Source: Marinifilum sp.
Lineage (GTDB): Bacteria > Bacteroidota > Bacteroidia > Bacteroidales > CG2-30-32-10
Assembly (NCBI GenBank): GCA_020718065.1
Contig: DYDE01000006.1
Location: 1 to 54,924, forward strand
Length of the DNA stretch: 54,924 nucleotides
Direction: 5' to 3'
The stretch's first letter is position 1. The number at the start of each line of letters is the position of its first letter. Shown in pieces: positions 31,677 to 42,507 of the stretch. The position numbers and the translations under genes were made by a program. The notes beneath the pieces are model-generated. The model worked only from the letters and a program-made list of their open reading frames with translations, was not told the origin of the DNA and did not search any database.

Positions 31677-31914
31677 TTTTATATCTATATTAAAGGTGTT
31701 TTTTCAAATTATTTTAATAATAAATTATAATTGCAATTGAGACGCATTTTTCTTAATAAAAATTACAATAATAACACAAATTCTTTATAAAATTTGGATA
31801 TCTAACCAAAGAATATTTCATATTGCATAGTTATTAAATTATAGTAAGATTTTGCTGAGAACGAATCCTTTGATTTATCTTCATAATTATAAATTCTGTA
31901 AAGTTGAAAAATTA

Positions 31915-32793
31915 CTAATATATTAACTTAATCCATTTGTTAATTATATCATTTGCTAATTTAACAGTAGATTTGCCATGCGAGCCTTTTTCTATCAATA
32001 TATATTGTTTGTTTTCATTCCCCCATTCTTTAAATATCATATCACATCCTCTTTTGTCAACAATATTGTCCATCATTCCATAAATAAGCAGCAATGGATA
32101 TTTTGCATTCTTCCCATAATCGATCATCGTATTCATTAATTTTCTCGATTGAGTCATATAATACATGCTGAAATATTTTACTAATAATTGGTCATTCAAT
32201 CTTGATGCTGATTCTTTCTTATCATCTTCGTTTTCAATAGAAGTTGGATCACCAGCCATATTAACTATAGGTTTATGTTTTTCAAATATAAAATACCATA
32301 TGTATTTTAAGTACTGACCAAAGCTAGGTGTCATTCCTTTTGCTTTTTTCATAATATAAGTAGGATTGACCAAAATGGCACCACCAACATTTACTATCTT
32401 GTCTGCAATTGCTAATAAAACTGCAGTTGACATACTATGTCCATAAAGAATAATTTTGTTTTGTTTAGAATGGTAGTCTTTGTCTTTTGTTATTATTTCG
32501 ATGTAGTCGTTTATGAAATCTGAAAACTTTGATATATCTCCTCGCTTCCCATCTGAATAACCTGTTCCACGAGGATGTATTACTACAACTCTGTTCTCTT
32601 TATTGCTAAGTTGTTCTATAATATCTTTCTCACTATTATGATTTATGCCCGTTATCCCTGATATGATAAAAATTGTTGTTTTGTAATTCTCTACAGGTAT
32701 ATATTCATAAACAAACAATTGGCTTCCATCTTTTACCTTAAAAAAATAACCATCAAAATCTGAAGGAGGTATGGGTTTGTTTAAATTTTTCAT
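31915..32793 (-). CDS. Alpha/beta hydrolase (lysophospholipase/Hydrolase_4-like)
   Basis: RGTGYSDGKRG, GHSMS nucleophile elbow, GMMDNIV, late His. Confidence 0.82.
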   Translation of the reverse strand: MKNLNKPIPPSDFDGYFFKVKDGSQLFVYEYIPVENYKTTIFIISGITGINHNSEKDIIEQLSNKENRVVVIHPRGTGYSDGKRGDISKFSDFINDYIEIITKDKDYHSKQNKIILYGHSMSTAVLLAIADKIVNVGGAILVNPTYIMKKAKGMTPSFGQYLKYIWYFIFEKHKPIVNMAGDPTSIENEDDKKESASRLNDQLLVKYFSMYYMTQSRKLMNTMIDYGKNAKYPLLLIYGMMDNIVDKRGCDMIFKEWGNENKQYILIEKGSHGKSTVKLANDIINKWIKLIY

Positions 32794-32996
32794 ATAAATA
32801 CTTCACTTGAGTTTGATAGAATATCTCGCTCAGTTTTTACATATAGCAATAATTCGTAAAAATAATTCTTTTCTATTTAAGTACAAATTATTAACGATTT
32901 TTAATTTTTAAAAAGCAAGCATTTGATTAAACAAATTGTGGGTTGATTTCCTGTCGAAAAAAAATTAACAATATTCCTTTAAAGCAGTGAACCATA

Positions 32997-33833
32997 TTAT
33001 TTAATAGAATCGCTTATAGGTTTCCAATTTTTAAAAATCATTTCAAAACCCGAACAGATACTTTTAAAACCTAAAGTATTGTGTGTTTCGTTTTTAAAGT
33101 GTATATAATCCCATTCGAATCCTTTCGGTGCGTTTTTTTCCAGCTCATTTATAAAAGGGAAAATTCCCATATCTTTTTCATTTGATATAGAAATGAAAAG
33201 CGACTTTTTAATATCCTTATTGTTTTTAAAAAAATCAGGTAATCTCTTAACATAAGATTGGTCGTCATACCACATACTTGGATCGATGCAAATGAATGAA
33301 TTGAATAATTTAGGACGGTTTATCAATGTATAGATGGCAAATAATCCTCCAGCGGAATGCCCAATAAGGCATCTATAAGGCTCTGTTGGATAAATTGAAT
33401 CGATATAATGTGTTAATTCTGAATCAATAAAATTAAGGAATTTGTCTGCTCCTCCTCCTGTTGGATATTCTTCTGATTTGGTTGGTAAAAAATCCCTTTC
33501 CCTGTCTTTATTTACAATTCCAACAACAATCATTTTAGGCATTATTTTAGACACAAATGAATAAAAGTTCACAATTCCATAAGTTGCTATTAGATTGTTA
33601 CCCGGATCTAAAACATAAACAACCGGATATTTTTCATTTGGATTATCTCTATAGTTATATGGAGGAATTACAACAATTATTTCCTTTTCATTTAATATTT
33701 TTGATTCAAAGGATACTTTATCTCCAATTACAAAATCTTTGATCTGCTGGGCTTGGCAAACACTAAATGTTATAAAGAATATAAAAATTAAACCAAATTC
33801 TATAAGAGCTTTGTTCTTTAATTTCATAATCAT
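32997..33833 (-). CDS. Secreted putative esterase (IroE-like alpha/beta hydrolase)
   Basis: YPVVYVLD, RERDFLP, GHSAGG and ETH motifs. Confidence 0.88.
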   Translation of the reverse strand: MIMKLKNKALIEFGLIFIFFITFSVCQAQQIKDFVIGDKVSFESKILNEKEIIVVIPPYNYRDNPNEKYPVVYVLDPGNNLIATYGIVNFYSFVSKIMPKMIVVGIVNKDRERDFLPTKSEEYPTGGGADKFLNFIDSELTHYIDSIYPTEPYRCLIGHSAGGLFAIYTLINRPKLFNSFICIDPSMWYDDQSYVKRLPDFFKNNKDIKKSLFISISNEKDMGIFPFINELEKNAPKGFEWDYIHFKNETHNTLGFKSICSGFEMIFKNWKPISDSIK

Positions 33834-34034
33834 TTTGTTTTTAATTAGCTTGATTTTTTAAGCTATGACGAAATGAAATATTGAAAAGTTACAGAATGTT
33901 GAATGTATATTTGCTAAAAACAATTTTTAGTTTACAAATAATATCTATTTGTAAAGTAGTTTAAATGAGCTTATTTAAATATTGTAAAATATAACTCATC
34001 GATTCAATGAAGAAGAAGCAAATAGATTCGTTTT

Positions 34035-35129
34035 TTATTCTTTTGAACGAATGTTATACTTAACTTCATTGTTTTTACCCATAAAATTTCCATAAACCTC
34101 AGCTGATTTTTCTATACATTTTAATTCAGATTTGCTGTGTTTTCGAAAGAAATCTATATCAATTATAACGTTATCTTTTTTTATTGTCCTTTTCCATATG
34201 CCTGTAACTTGTCCGTTTACAACTATTATAGGTCTGAAAATGCCATTGTCTGAAACTGCTTTTTTTTGTAAGGATGGATGTATGCTAGCGCTTCTGTTCT
34301 TATAACTGATTAAAAATTCATCAAAAGCAGGTAATAAATAAATTGAATTAATATTTGTTATTGAAACATTAAATGAATCAGGCATCCAATAAACCAGGGA
34401 ATCTATTGTTTCAGATCTCAGATCAGACTTGATGTTTTCCAGACCAAATCGTGCTTCTTTCACTGATAAGCCTGACCACCAAATAAAATCCTGTAATGTT
34501 GCAGGGCAACGACTATTAAAATATTTCTTTGCTAGTATTGAAACTGCTTCTTCTCTGTTTAAAATATTTTTTTGTTTAACTCTTTTTTCAAATAGAGCAT
34601 ATGTTTGTTTATTACCTTGCAGACCTCCACTACAAATTATTTTATCCAATTCGGCACAAAGCAATATGTGCGATGCTCTGTTTTCATCGGTCCGGATCTT
34701 AGCTTTTGTCAATTCAGCTATCAATACTTCACGAGTTAATTGTTTTTCATTTTCTAATGCTTTCTCAATTACATCATTACTTTTGTTAATCACAGTTGCT
34801 GTTAATTCCAGCTGATTGTTTCTTGATCTTATTAGTGATTTAATTTGAGGTGCTGCTAGTTCTATTATCCAGTAAATATCTTCAGCAGAAACAAAGTGCC
34901 AGGTTGGTCTTAATAAATGTGTTCGTAATATTTCACCTTTATTAATTGCTGTATCTATTTGTGTATTTGTGGAGTCATCCAATCGGACACCAATGGCCCA
35001 TTTTGCCATTGAAAAATCTTGTGCCTGCATAGCACACATCCATTCAACTATATCTTTTGCTTTTTTATTTTTTTTGTTATCTATTAGCTGGCTTTTAAGC
35101 CTTTTATTCGCTATATCAGTTAAATTCAT
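34035..35129 (-). CDS. Winged-helix HTH_42 protein (AlkZ/YcaQ-like DNA glycosylase family)
   Basis: MQAQD motif, RTHLLRPTWHFV, DFIWWSGL, LLPAFDEFLISY. Confidence 0.85.
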   Translation of the reverse strand: MNLTDIANKRLKSQLIDNKKNKKAKDIVEWMCAMQAQDFSMAKWAIGVRLDDSTNTQIDTAINKGEILRTHLLRPTWHFVSAEDIYWIIELAAPQIKSLIRSRNNQLELTATVINKSNDVIEKALENEKQLTREVLIAELTKAKIRTDENRASHILLCAELDKIICSGGLQGNKQTYALFEKRVKQKNILNREEAVSILAKKYFNSRCPATLQDFIWWSGLSVKEARFGLENIKSDLRSETIDSLVYWMPDSFNVSITNINSIYLLPAFDEFLISYKNRSASIHPSLQKKAVSDNGIFRPIIVVNGQVTGIWKRTIKKDNVIIDIDFFRKHSKSELKCIEKSAEVYGNFMGKNNEVKYNIRSKE

Positions 35130-35516
35130 TTTGATTTGTTATTCAGCTTTGTTTTAAAATAAATTAATAATTTCTTTATTATTTAGAAGTACAAACCAAA
35201 GTTCCATTATGTTTTCGATTTTTGCAAGAAAAACTTTATTTTTTATGGTTTGCTAAAGCTTTTTATTGTTTATAATGATATGTGAAATCAATAATGTTCC
35301 AAGCAGCATTATTTATGCCGTTTAGTGAGACGATTGTTATTTAAAATAAATGTTGTTTAATAGAATTTAATACAATATGATATAAATACTGTGAAAAATA
35401 AGCATAATCACTTAATTGTTTTTTTTATCATTAATGTATTTTTGTATATATAGGTGAGTTCCATTTTTACCCAAATGCAAAAGAGAATTTAATATGTTTT
35501 TTATAATTTAAGGTTT

Positions 35517-38500
35517 TTGTCAATATATGTACAAATGTTTAAACTATCAAATATAACTACCAGTCAGATTGCAAAAAGACGTTTACGGTTTTTATGTTTG
35601 TTATTTCTATTTTCACTGATCAACATTAATTATTCAAAAGCACAAAATGCAGAAAGCTATAATTTCAATGCAAGTTTAGGTGTTTTCAATGCATTAGGTG
35701 GAACGACAATGTCCTTGAGCGGTGGAAATGCAGATGAAGGATGGTTTAATGGTATTGCTATAGGATTTACTTTTAATTATTGTAATGTCAATTATACACA
35801 TATTCATTGTTCAACAAATGGATGGATGACATTTGGAACAAGTTCAACGAACAATGTTTTATCAAATGCATCTTCAGCAAATAACATTAGTTCGGGAGGA
35901 ACAAGACCTTTAATTGCTCCTTTATGGGATGATTTAAATTTGCAGGCAAATACAAACTTGTCTTATACTTTATCAGGGACTTCTCCAAACAGAGTTTTTA
36001 CTGTAGAATGGTTAAATGTAAAATGGAGTGGGTCTGCAACTGGAAATACTATTTCTTTTCAGGTAAAATTATATGAAACTTCAAATAAAATTGAATTTAT
36101 TTATAGACCCGAATCAGGTGTTGTAGCTTTTGCTTCTGCGTCTGTTGGATTAAGTGATATTGCAACCGGTTCAGGTAATTTCATTTCTATAGATGGAACA
36201 GGATTAGATCCAAACAAAAGTTCTACAACAGAGACTACCAATATAAACATTAAACCTACTTCAGGTCAAAAATATATTTTTACTCCACCACAACCTATTC
36301 CATCATGTATATTATTTTCTGAAGATTTCGAAGGATTGTCAATTGGAAATCTTCAAACAACAGGAACATTGTGGAGAATGTATGAAATAACATCTTCTGT
36401 AAATAACTGGTATATAGGTGATAATTCATCTGCAATTACAGGTACAAAAAGTCTCACAATTAGTAACTATACTTATAACAAAACAGATGATGCTGATAAA
36501 GTTGCTTATTATGCTACCAAAATTAATGCGCTTAATTTTTATAATCTGAAAATCAATTTTAAATGGAAGTGTTTAGGAGAAACAAATACTGATTATGGGC
36601 TGTTAGTGTGGTCTATTGATGGAGTAAATTGGCAATCTGTAACATCTACAAAATATACAGGGCAATCAACAACCCAAACCATTGAAAATCTTGATTTATC
36701 TGTTTGTGATAACAAGGAGTTTTTTATTGGATATAGATGGATAAATAACTCTAGCGGAGGTACTAATCCTCCTTTTACAGTTGACGATATTCTTATTGAT
36801 GGCACCCCCTATTTACAATATTCATTTTCATTTCGTCAAGATGTTTTTACACCAATTTCCGAAGGCATCATAGTTACACTTGATGGTAACGGTGGCTCTG
36901 CAGTATCATTGCCATTTACTTTTAATTATGCCAATACAAATTACACTACTATTCGAGTATCAAAAAATGGTTGGATTAAAATGGGTATTATTGACCCAAG
37001 TAATGCTTATGATAACAATCTGGGTAATTTAAGCTATACATCTTTCTTAGCCCCACTTTGGGATACGCTTTGTTTCGATGCTTTTTCTTCTATAATATAC
37101 ACTACCATTGGTACAACTCCTAATAATGTTTTTTGTGTGGAATGGAGAAATATATTGTGGGGTAATGCAAGACAGAATTTTCAAGTTAAACTATCTGAAA
37201 CAACAGGAGTAATAGAATTTATTTATGGGCAGATGATGGAGCCGACAAATGCAACAGCAACCATTGGTATTAATGATGGAACATATTGTGGTAGTCGTTT
37301 CATTAGTGTTACACCAAAATCTACACCTTCTATTTCGTTAGATAATTCTAACAATTTCATTAGTACAAATACATATCTAACCAATGGATTGGTTTATGTA
37401 TTTAATCCTCAGGCAATGCAAAACTATAGTACATGGCAGGCAGCAAATATCGTTGTCGGACAACCCAATTTCACTACAAATAATTCTACTGCAAGTCAGA
37501 CAATAGCTTCAGGAGCAAATAGTTCTTCTGTAAGTTCAAAAGGGATTTTAGCAGTTGGTTCATATTATTCTAATAGGGTGCTATTATGGAATTCAATTCC
37601 AACATCCAATGGAATGGCAGCTAATGTGGTTGTGGGACAAACTAATTTTACCTCCACAACAACTGGAACAACAAATTCAAAGCTAAATCATCCCTACAAT
37701 GTTGCATTTAGTCCGGATGGTAATAAACTTTTAATTGCAGATGCAGGTAACAACCGCATTTTAATTTGGAATACTATTCCCACAACAAATGGAGTTCCGG
37801 CTGATGTTGTTATTGGACAAACTAATTTTACATCTTCCAGCTCTGGATATTCTTCCACAAAACTAAATACTCCCACAGGAATACTCGTTTTGCCAAATGG
37901 TAAGCTGATAATAACAGATAAAAACAATAATAGGGTATTAATATATAATTCTATTCCTACTAGTAATGGTGTAGCAGCCGATTTAGTTATTGGTCAGAAT
38001 GATTTTACAACCAACTCTTCAGGATCAACAGCAAATAAATTTGATAATCCATGGGATGCTGCTTTCACATCTGAAGGGAAATTGCTTATTTCAGATAATG
38101 GAAATTCTTCGAATGGAAATCACAGAATTTTAATTTTTAATGTAGTTCCATCTGTAAATGGAGTTTCAGCAGACTTTGTAATCGGGAATACTGTTTTTGG
38201 TCAAAAACCTTCAACAACTACAAGAACGGGATTTGACCAGCCTTGTGTAACTGTATCATGTGAAGGAAAAGTTGCTATTGCTGATTACGGAAACAGCAGA
38301 ATTATGGTTTATAATCGGGTGCCAACTTCTAACGGAGCTCCTGCAGATGTTGTTCTTGGTCAACCTGACTTTACTACAAAAGTTAGTTTCAACGATGGTT
38401 CAAATAACTCAGGCAGTCCATCTGACAAGAACATGTATTTCCCATATAGTATTTGCTTTGACATCAATGGAAGGTTGATGGTAAATGGAACAAATCCCGG

Positions 38501-40718
38501 AGGAAGTGGTATGCACAGGGTAATGATTTATGGTACTACTCCTACAAATATATCTGATTTAGGAATAACTTTAACTTCTAATGCCACTGGGACAATGTGT
38601 ATAGGTTCGTTTGTAACATTTACAGTTAATGTTACGAATAGTGGTCCAGACGATGCTGATCACGTGGTTGTTAATGCTGCATTGCCCGTTGGATTTAATA
38701 TGATTAGTTCATATACTACAATTGGTAGTTATAATTCTCTGAGTGGTTATTGGTCTATACCTGCTATTCCTAATGGTTCTGTTGTTACATTGACTTTTGT
38801 CGGCCAAATTACATCTATTCTTGCCGGAAACTCAAATGTTACTGCATATGCCAATATTCTTGCTTCTATGCAGAATGATAATAATTTCAACAACAATGGT
38901 GATAATGAAATACTTGGTGTTGGCAGTAACAATTCTCCAACAATAACACCTATTGCTGATGTTAGTATTTCTCGCAACTCAAATACAGGTCCCATTGCTT
39001 TTACAATAAGTGATGTTGAAACTCCACCGGCAAGCCTTACTTTAATTGGCACTTCAAGTAATACTTCGATTGTCCAAAATGAAAATATTGTTTTTGGAGG
39101 ATCGGGAGCAAATCGAACTGTAACAGTAACTCCAACTGTTGATCAAATTGGTATAGTAGATATAATTATAACAGTTAGTGATGGTACATGTACTAAACAG
39201 GATACTTTTAAAATTTCTTGTGGAAATATTTGGAAAGGTACAATAAATACAGATTGGCATGCATCAGGTAACTGGACTTTTGATGTGCCAACACTTACTA
39301 TAGAGGCAATAATACCTACTCATCCAATCGGACCAAATTTTCCTGTTATTACTAGCAACGAAAGCTGTCTTGATTTAGAAATACAAACAAATTCTTATGT
39401 TACTATTAATGGTGATAAAACACTGACCATATATGGATATTTATACAACAATGGAACTTTTAATATAACTTTTGGTACAGTAATTTTTAATGGAAGTATT
39501 TCTCAAAACATTAATTCTGGTACATGTAGCTTTTATAATGTTGAATTCAATAATACTACTGTTGGCAGTAATGATATTGTACTTTTAAGCAATATGACAA
39601 TAACGAATCAGGCAACTTTAAGAAATGGTATAGTTAATACTGGTGTATATACCATGATTTTTAATGGAGATAATGCAACAGTTAATATAACACCTTCTCC
39701 AAGCAACAATAGTCATATAAATGGGAAAGTAAGAAAAATCGGAACAACAGCATTTGAATTCCCAATTGGTAAAGGAGGTTTTTGGGCTCCTGCTTCGATT
39801 GCTGTCAGCATATTATCCAATACTATTGACGCAGAATATTTCAATTCAGCATGTGATAATAATTCAGCTCCATTTATGAATGGGTTGGATCATGTTAGTT
39901 ATGTTGAAAAATGGGAAATTACAAGAGTAGAAGGTAATAGTTATCCTGCAATTGTTTTGTTTTGGAAAGATGGAAACAGAAGCGGGATTAATGATCTTTC
40001 AAATTTAAAGGTTGCTCATTGGAATAGTGCAACTTTAAAATGGGATGATATGGGAGGCGTTGGAATTGGAACTATATCATCTGGTTCTATAACATCATCT
40101 GATGCCTTTACAAGTTATAGTCCTATATCTTTTGGAACTAAAACAAATTCGAATCCATTACCTATTGAATTACTTTCATATAATTTATTTTGTGACAAGG
40201 TTAATATTGTAATTGAATGGAGTACAGCTAGTGAAACCAACAATGATTTTTTTACAATTGAAAGTTCACCCGATGGGATTAATTTTACTCCAATAAATAT
40301 AATTAAAGGTGCAGGAAATAGCAATACCATCTTGAATTATTCTTTTATAGATAAACAACCTTATAGCGAAACTGTTTTTTATCGTCTGAAGCAAACCGAT
40401 TATGATGGAAAATATAAATATTTTGAAGTCAAATCAATAGATTGTAATGGATCTTCTCAAGTTGAAACAATTTTAAATATTCATCCTAATCCCATTACAA
40501 ACATTGTCTTTTTTGAAATCAGTAATTTGACTGAGAATAATATTAATATTCAGCTTACAGACATGTTGGGAAATATAATAGAAACAAAAGTTCAAAAAAA
40601 CATTTCGGAAAATCATGTAACAATTTATTTTAATATGTCGAAATATAGGGTAGGAGTTTATTATTTTAAATTAACATCAGGCAATTATAGTAAAACAGGA
40701 AAGATTATCAAAATCTAA
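35517..40718 (+). CDS. Large T9SS type-A cargo: two APLWD beta domains, NHL beta-propeller, DUF11, Ig/cadherin-like domain, PLPIELL module, CTD
   Basis: Repeated ADVVIGQTNFT/NNRVLI motifs; VTNSGPDDA (DUF11); FYRLKQTDYDG; IHPNP..GVYYFKL CTD; exact start uncertain. Confidence 0.85.
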   Translation: MSIYVQMFKLSNITTSQIAKRRLRFLCLLFLFSLININYSKAQNAESYNFNASLGVFNALGGTTMSLSGGNADEGWFNGIAIGFTFNYCNVNYTHIHCSTNGWMTFGTSSTNNVLSNASSANNISSGGTRPLIAPLWDDLNLQANTNLSYTLSGTSPNRVFTVEWLNVKWSGSATGNTISFQVKLYETSNKIEFIYRPESGVVAFASASVGLSDIATGSGNFISIDGTGLDPNKSSTTETTNINIKPTSGQKYIFTPPQPIPSCILFSEDFEGLSIGNLQTTGTLWRMYEITSSVNNWYIGDNSSAITGTKSLTISNYTYNKTDDADKVAYYATKINALNFYNLKINFKWKCLGETNTDYGLLVWSIDGVNWQSVTSTKYTGQSTTQTIENLDLSVCDNKEFFIGYRWINNSSGGTNPPFTVDDILIDGTPYLQYSFSFRQDVFTPISEGIIVTLDGNGGSAVSLPFTFNYANTNYTTIRVSKNGWIKMGIIDPSNAYDNNLGNLSYTSFLAPLWDTLCFDAFSSIIYTTIGTTPNNVFCVEWRNILWGNARQNFQVKLSETTGVIEFIYGQMMEPTNATATIGINDGTYCGSRFISVTPKSTPSISLDNSNNFISTNTYLTNGLVYVFNPQAMQNYSTWQAANIVVGQPNFTTNNSTASQTIASGANSSSVSSKGILAVGSYYSNRVLLWNSIPTSNGMAANVVVGQTNFTSTTTGTTNSKLNHPYNVAFSPDGNKLLIADAGNNRILIWNTIPTTNGVPADVVIGQTNFTSSSSGYSSTKLNTPTGILVLPNGKLIITDKNNNRVLIYNSIPTSNGVAADLVIGQNDFTTNSSGSTANKFDNPWDAAFTSEGKLLISDNGNSSNGNHRILIFNVVPSVNGVSADFVIGNTVFGQKPSTTTRTGFDQPCVTVSCEGKVAIADYGNSRIMVYNRVPTSNGAPADVVLGQPDFTTKVSFNDGSNNSGSPSDKNMYFPYSICFDINGRLMVNGTNPGGSGMHRVMIYGTTPTNISDLGITLTSNATGTMCIGSFVTFTVNVTNSGPDDADHVVVNAALPVGFNMISSYTTIGSYNSLSGYWSIPAIPNGSVVTLTFVGQITSILAGNSNVTAYANILASMQNDNNFNNNGDNEILGVGSNNSPTITPIADVSISRNSNTGPIAFTISDVETPPASLTLIGTSSNTSIVQNENIVFGGSGANRTVTVTPTVDQIGIVDIIITVSDGTCTKQDTFKISCGNIWKGTINTDWHASGNWTFDVPTLTIEAIIPTHPIGPNFPVITSNESCLDLEIQTNSYVTINGDKTLTIYGYLYNNGTFNITFGTVIFNGSISQNINSGTCSFYNVEFNNTTVGSNDIVLLSNMTITNQATLRNGIVNTGVYTMIFNGDNATVNITPSPSNNSHINGKVRKIGTTAFEFPIGKGGFWAPASIAVSILSNTIDAEYFNSACDNNSAPFMNGLDHVSYVEKWEITRVEGNSYPAIVLFWKDGNRSGINDLSNLKVAHWNSATLKWDDMGGVGIGTISSGSITSSDAFTSYSPISFGTKTNSNPLPIELLSYNLFCDKVNIVIEWSTASETNNDFFTIESSPDGINFTPINIIKGAGNSNTILNYSFIDKQPYSETVFYRLKQTDYDGKYKYFEVKSIDCNGSSQVETILNIHPNPITNIVFFEISNLTENNINIQLTDMLGNIIETKVQKNISENHVTIYFNMSKYRVGVYYFKLTSGNYSKTGKIIKI

Positions 40719-40915
40719 ATTTCTTTAAAATATTAACAAACTATATTTTTTTTAAAAATTTGTTTTAACAAATGAGACGACCCGAAGTTTAACTAAATTT
40801 CAATTCATGCATGTAACCTTTATTTTTTTTATGGTCTGCTAAAGCTTTTTTTATCGTGCTTATTGATTTACAAAAGCAACAATTTATAAACAACGATACT
40901 ATGAGGTGAAGGAAT

Positions 40916-41521
40916 TTAATTTTTTTTCCAATACCTAAACCCTAAGCGCAAAACGGGAGATAAGTCAATATTTGGAATTTTGTATTGCTGATTGTCAAAA
41001 TATAAGCTGTTATCTTTTCTCAAATAAATATGAAATCCAGGCTGAATATAAAAATATTGACCTATAAAAAATTGGTAACTAATACCCCCGCCAACATCAG
41101 TGCTATGTATGTCCTTTTTTATACCTGTCGTTTTTTGTTCAATTTCGAATGTATGTAATTCAAAATAAGTATAAGTTTCGAGGTTTTTCCATACATTATA
41201 ACCCAAAAAGAAACCTGGTGAAGTTTTGTAATACCTTTTGAAATCTGATGATGCGTTTTTTATACCAGCAGGCTCTGCATCATATTTTCCTCCGTTGATA
41301 ACACTTATTCTAAACCTGAATTTTTCGTAGCGATAACAAGCTGCAAAGTGAAAACCTCCAGTTATAAACATAGGAACCAGACTTTCAATTTCTAATGCTT
41401 GTTTAACATCATAAGTCCGTGGATACGGTTTCCAAAATGATGCTTTCGTTGAGTCGTTTTGTGCCAATGCACTATAGGTGCTTACAAAAATGATGATGAT
41501 AATTAATTTTAACATTTTCAT
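40916..41521 (-). CDS. Secreted/outer-membrane beta-barrel-like hypothetical protein
   Basis: Signal peptide; alternating aromatic beta strands; C-terminal LRLGFRYW. Confidence 0.65.
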   Translation of the reverse strand: MKMLKLIIIIIFVSTYSALAQNDSTKASFWKPYPRTYDVKQALEIESLVPMFITGGFHFAACYRYEKFRFRISVINGGKYDAEPAGIKNASSDFKRYYKTSPGFFLGYNVWKNLETYTYFELHTFEIEQKTTGIKKDIHSTDVGGGISYQFFIGQYFYIQPGFHIYLRKDNSLYFDNQQYKIPNIDLSPVLRLGFRYWKKN

Positions 41522-41609
41522 GTTTTCTGAACTTTATAATTATTTGCAAAATTCAGAATAAGAAAACACAAAATACTCCACATTTGTTACCAAATTACAA
41601 AACCATATT

Positions 41610-42179
41610 TTATCCTTTGCGGATACGGCTTAATGACTTTGGTGCTATTCCCATGTAATTGGCTATATGATAAAGCGGTATTTTTTGAAATATTTCAGGA
41701 TATTCGTGCAGCATTTTTTGGTATCGTTCGTTGGCTGTTAGTGTTTGCAGATCTATACTTTGTTGAGCAATTTTTACAAAAGCTTTTTCTGTGAGAATGC
41801 GCCCTAGCTTTTCAAGTTTGGGTATCTTGTTATAACAATCATTAAGGTTGTTTTCAGAAATAACTATTAATTCGGTATTTTCAATTGCTTTGATATTAAT
41901 AAACGAGGGAGTGCTATTTAATCGGCTTCTGTTATCAGTGATCCAATCACCTGTAAAAGCAAAATCGGTGGTTGTTTCTTTTCCTGTTTCCTGTAGTTTG
42001 TGGTATATCAAAGCACCATTAATCACCAAAGCAACAGCAGTACAAATTTGTCCTTCTCTTAAAAAGTAATCGTTTTTTCTGAGTGTTTTAAATTCAACAT
42101 AATTCAACAAATGTTTCCATTCATTATCATTAAGTGAAACAATGGAATTGATGGAGTTTTTTATAATATCAAATTGCAT
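41610..42179 (-). CDS. Crp/Fnr family transcriptional regulator
   Basis: cNMP-binding region; IANYMGIAPKSLSRIRK HTH. Confidence 0.92.
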   Translation of the reverse strand: MQFDIIKNSINSIVSLNDNEWKHLLNYVEFKTLRKNDYFLREGQICTAVALVINGALIYHKLQETGKETTTDFAFTGDWITDNRSRLNSTPSFINIKAIENTELIVISENNLNDCYNKIPKLEKLGRILTEKAFVKIAQQSIDLQTLTANERYQKMLHEYPEIFQKIPLYHIANYMGIAPKSLSRIRKG

Positions 42180-42507
42180 GGTATTTAATGAATAGTAGTT
42201 GTGGATATTGAAATTGTTATATAATTAAACAACAATTTGAAAATTTACATCATTTAGGCTTAAATAAAAACTGTTTCGATTTATAAGCTTTAATACCTTT
42301 ATTGTTTCATTCATATCTTGCTATTTGTTCGTAAAAATACAATTTTATTATACCATTTTTTCTAAAACATGTAGGTAAGACATCAATGTTCTTTCTTCTA
42401 GTTTATCATTTAATTGGTTTAAATATTGCTTTCCAAACCTATTGTAGCTTTTTATATAATGCGAAGTCTTTTCTCACAATGCTTTCAAACAAGCTTTATC
42501 ATAGGGT

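Noticed and set aside
42250-42500. Possible decayed ORF remnant between the Crp and CDF genes
   Set aside because: Needs several stops and frameshifts, and no recognisable family emerges
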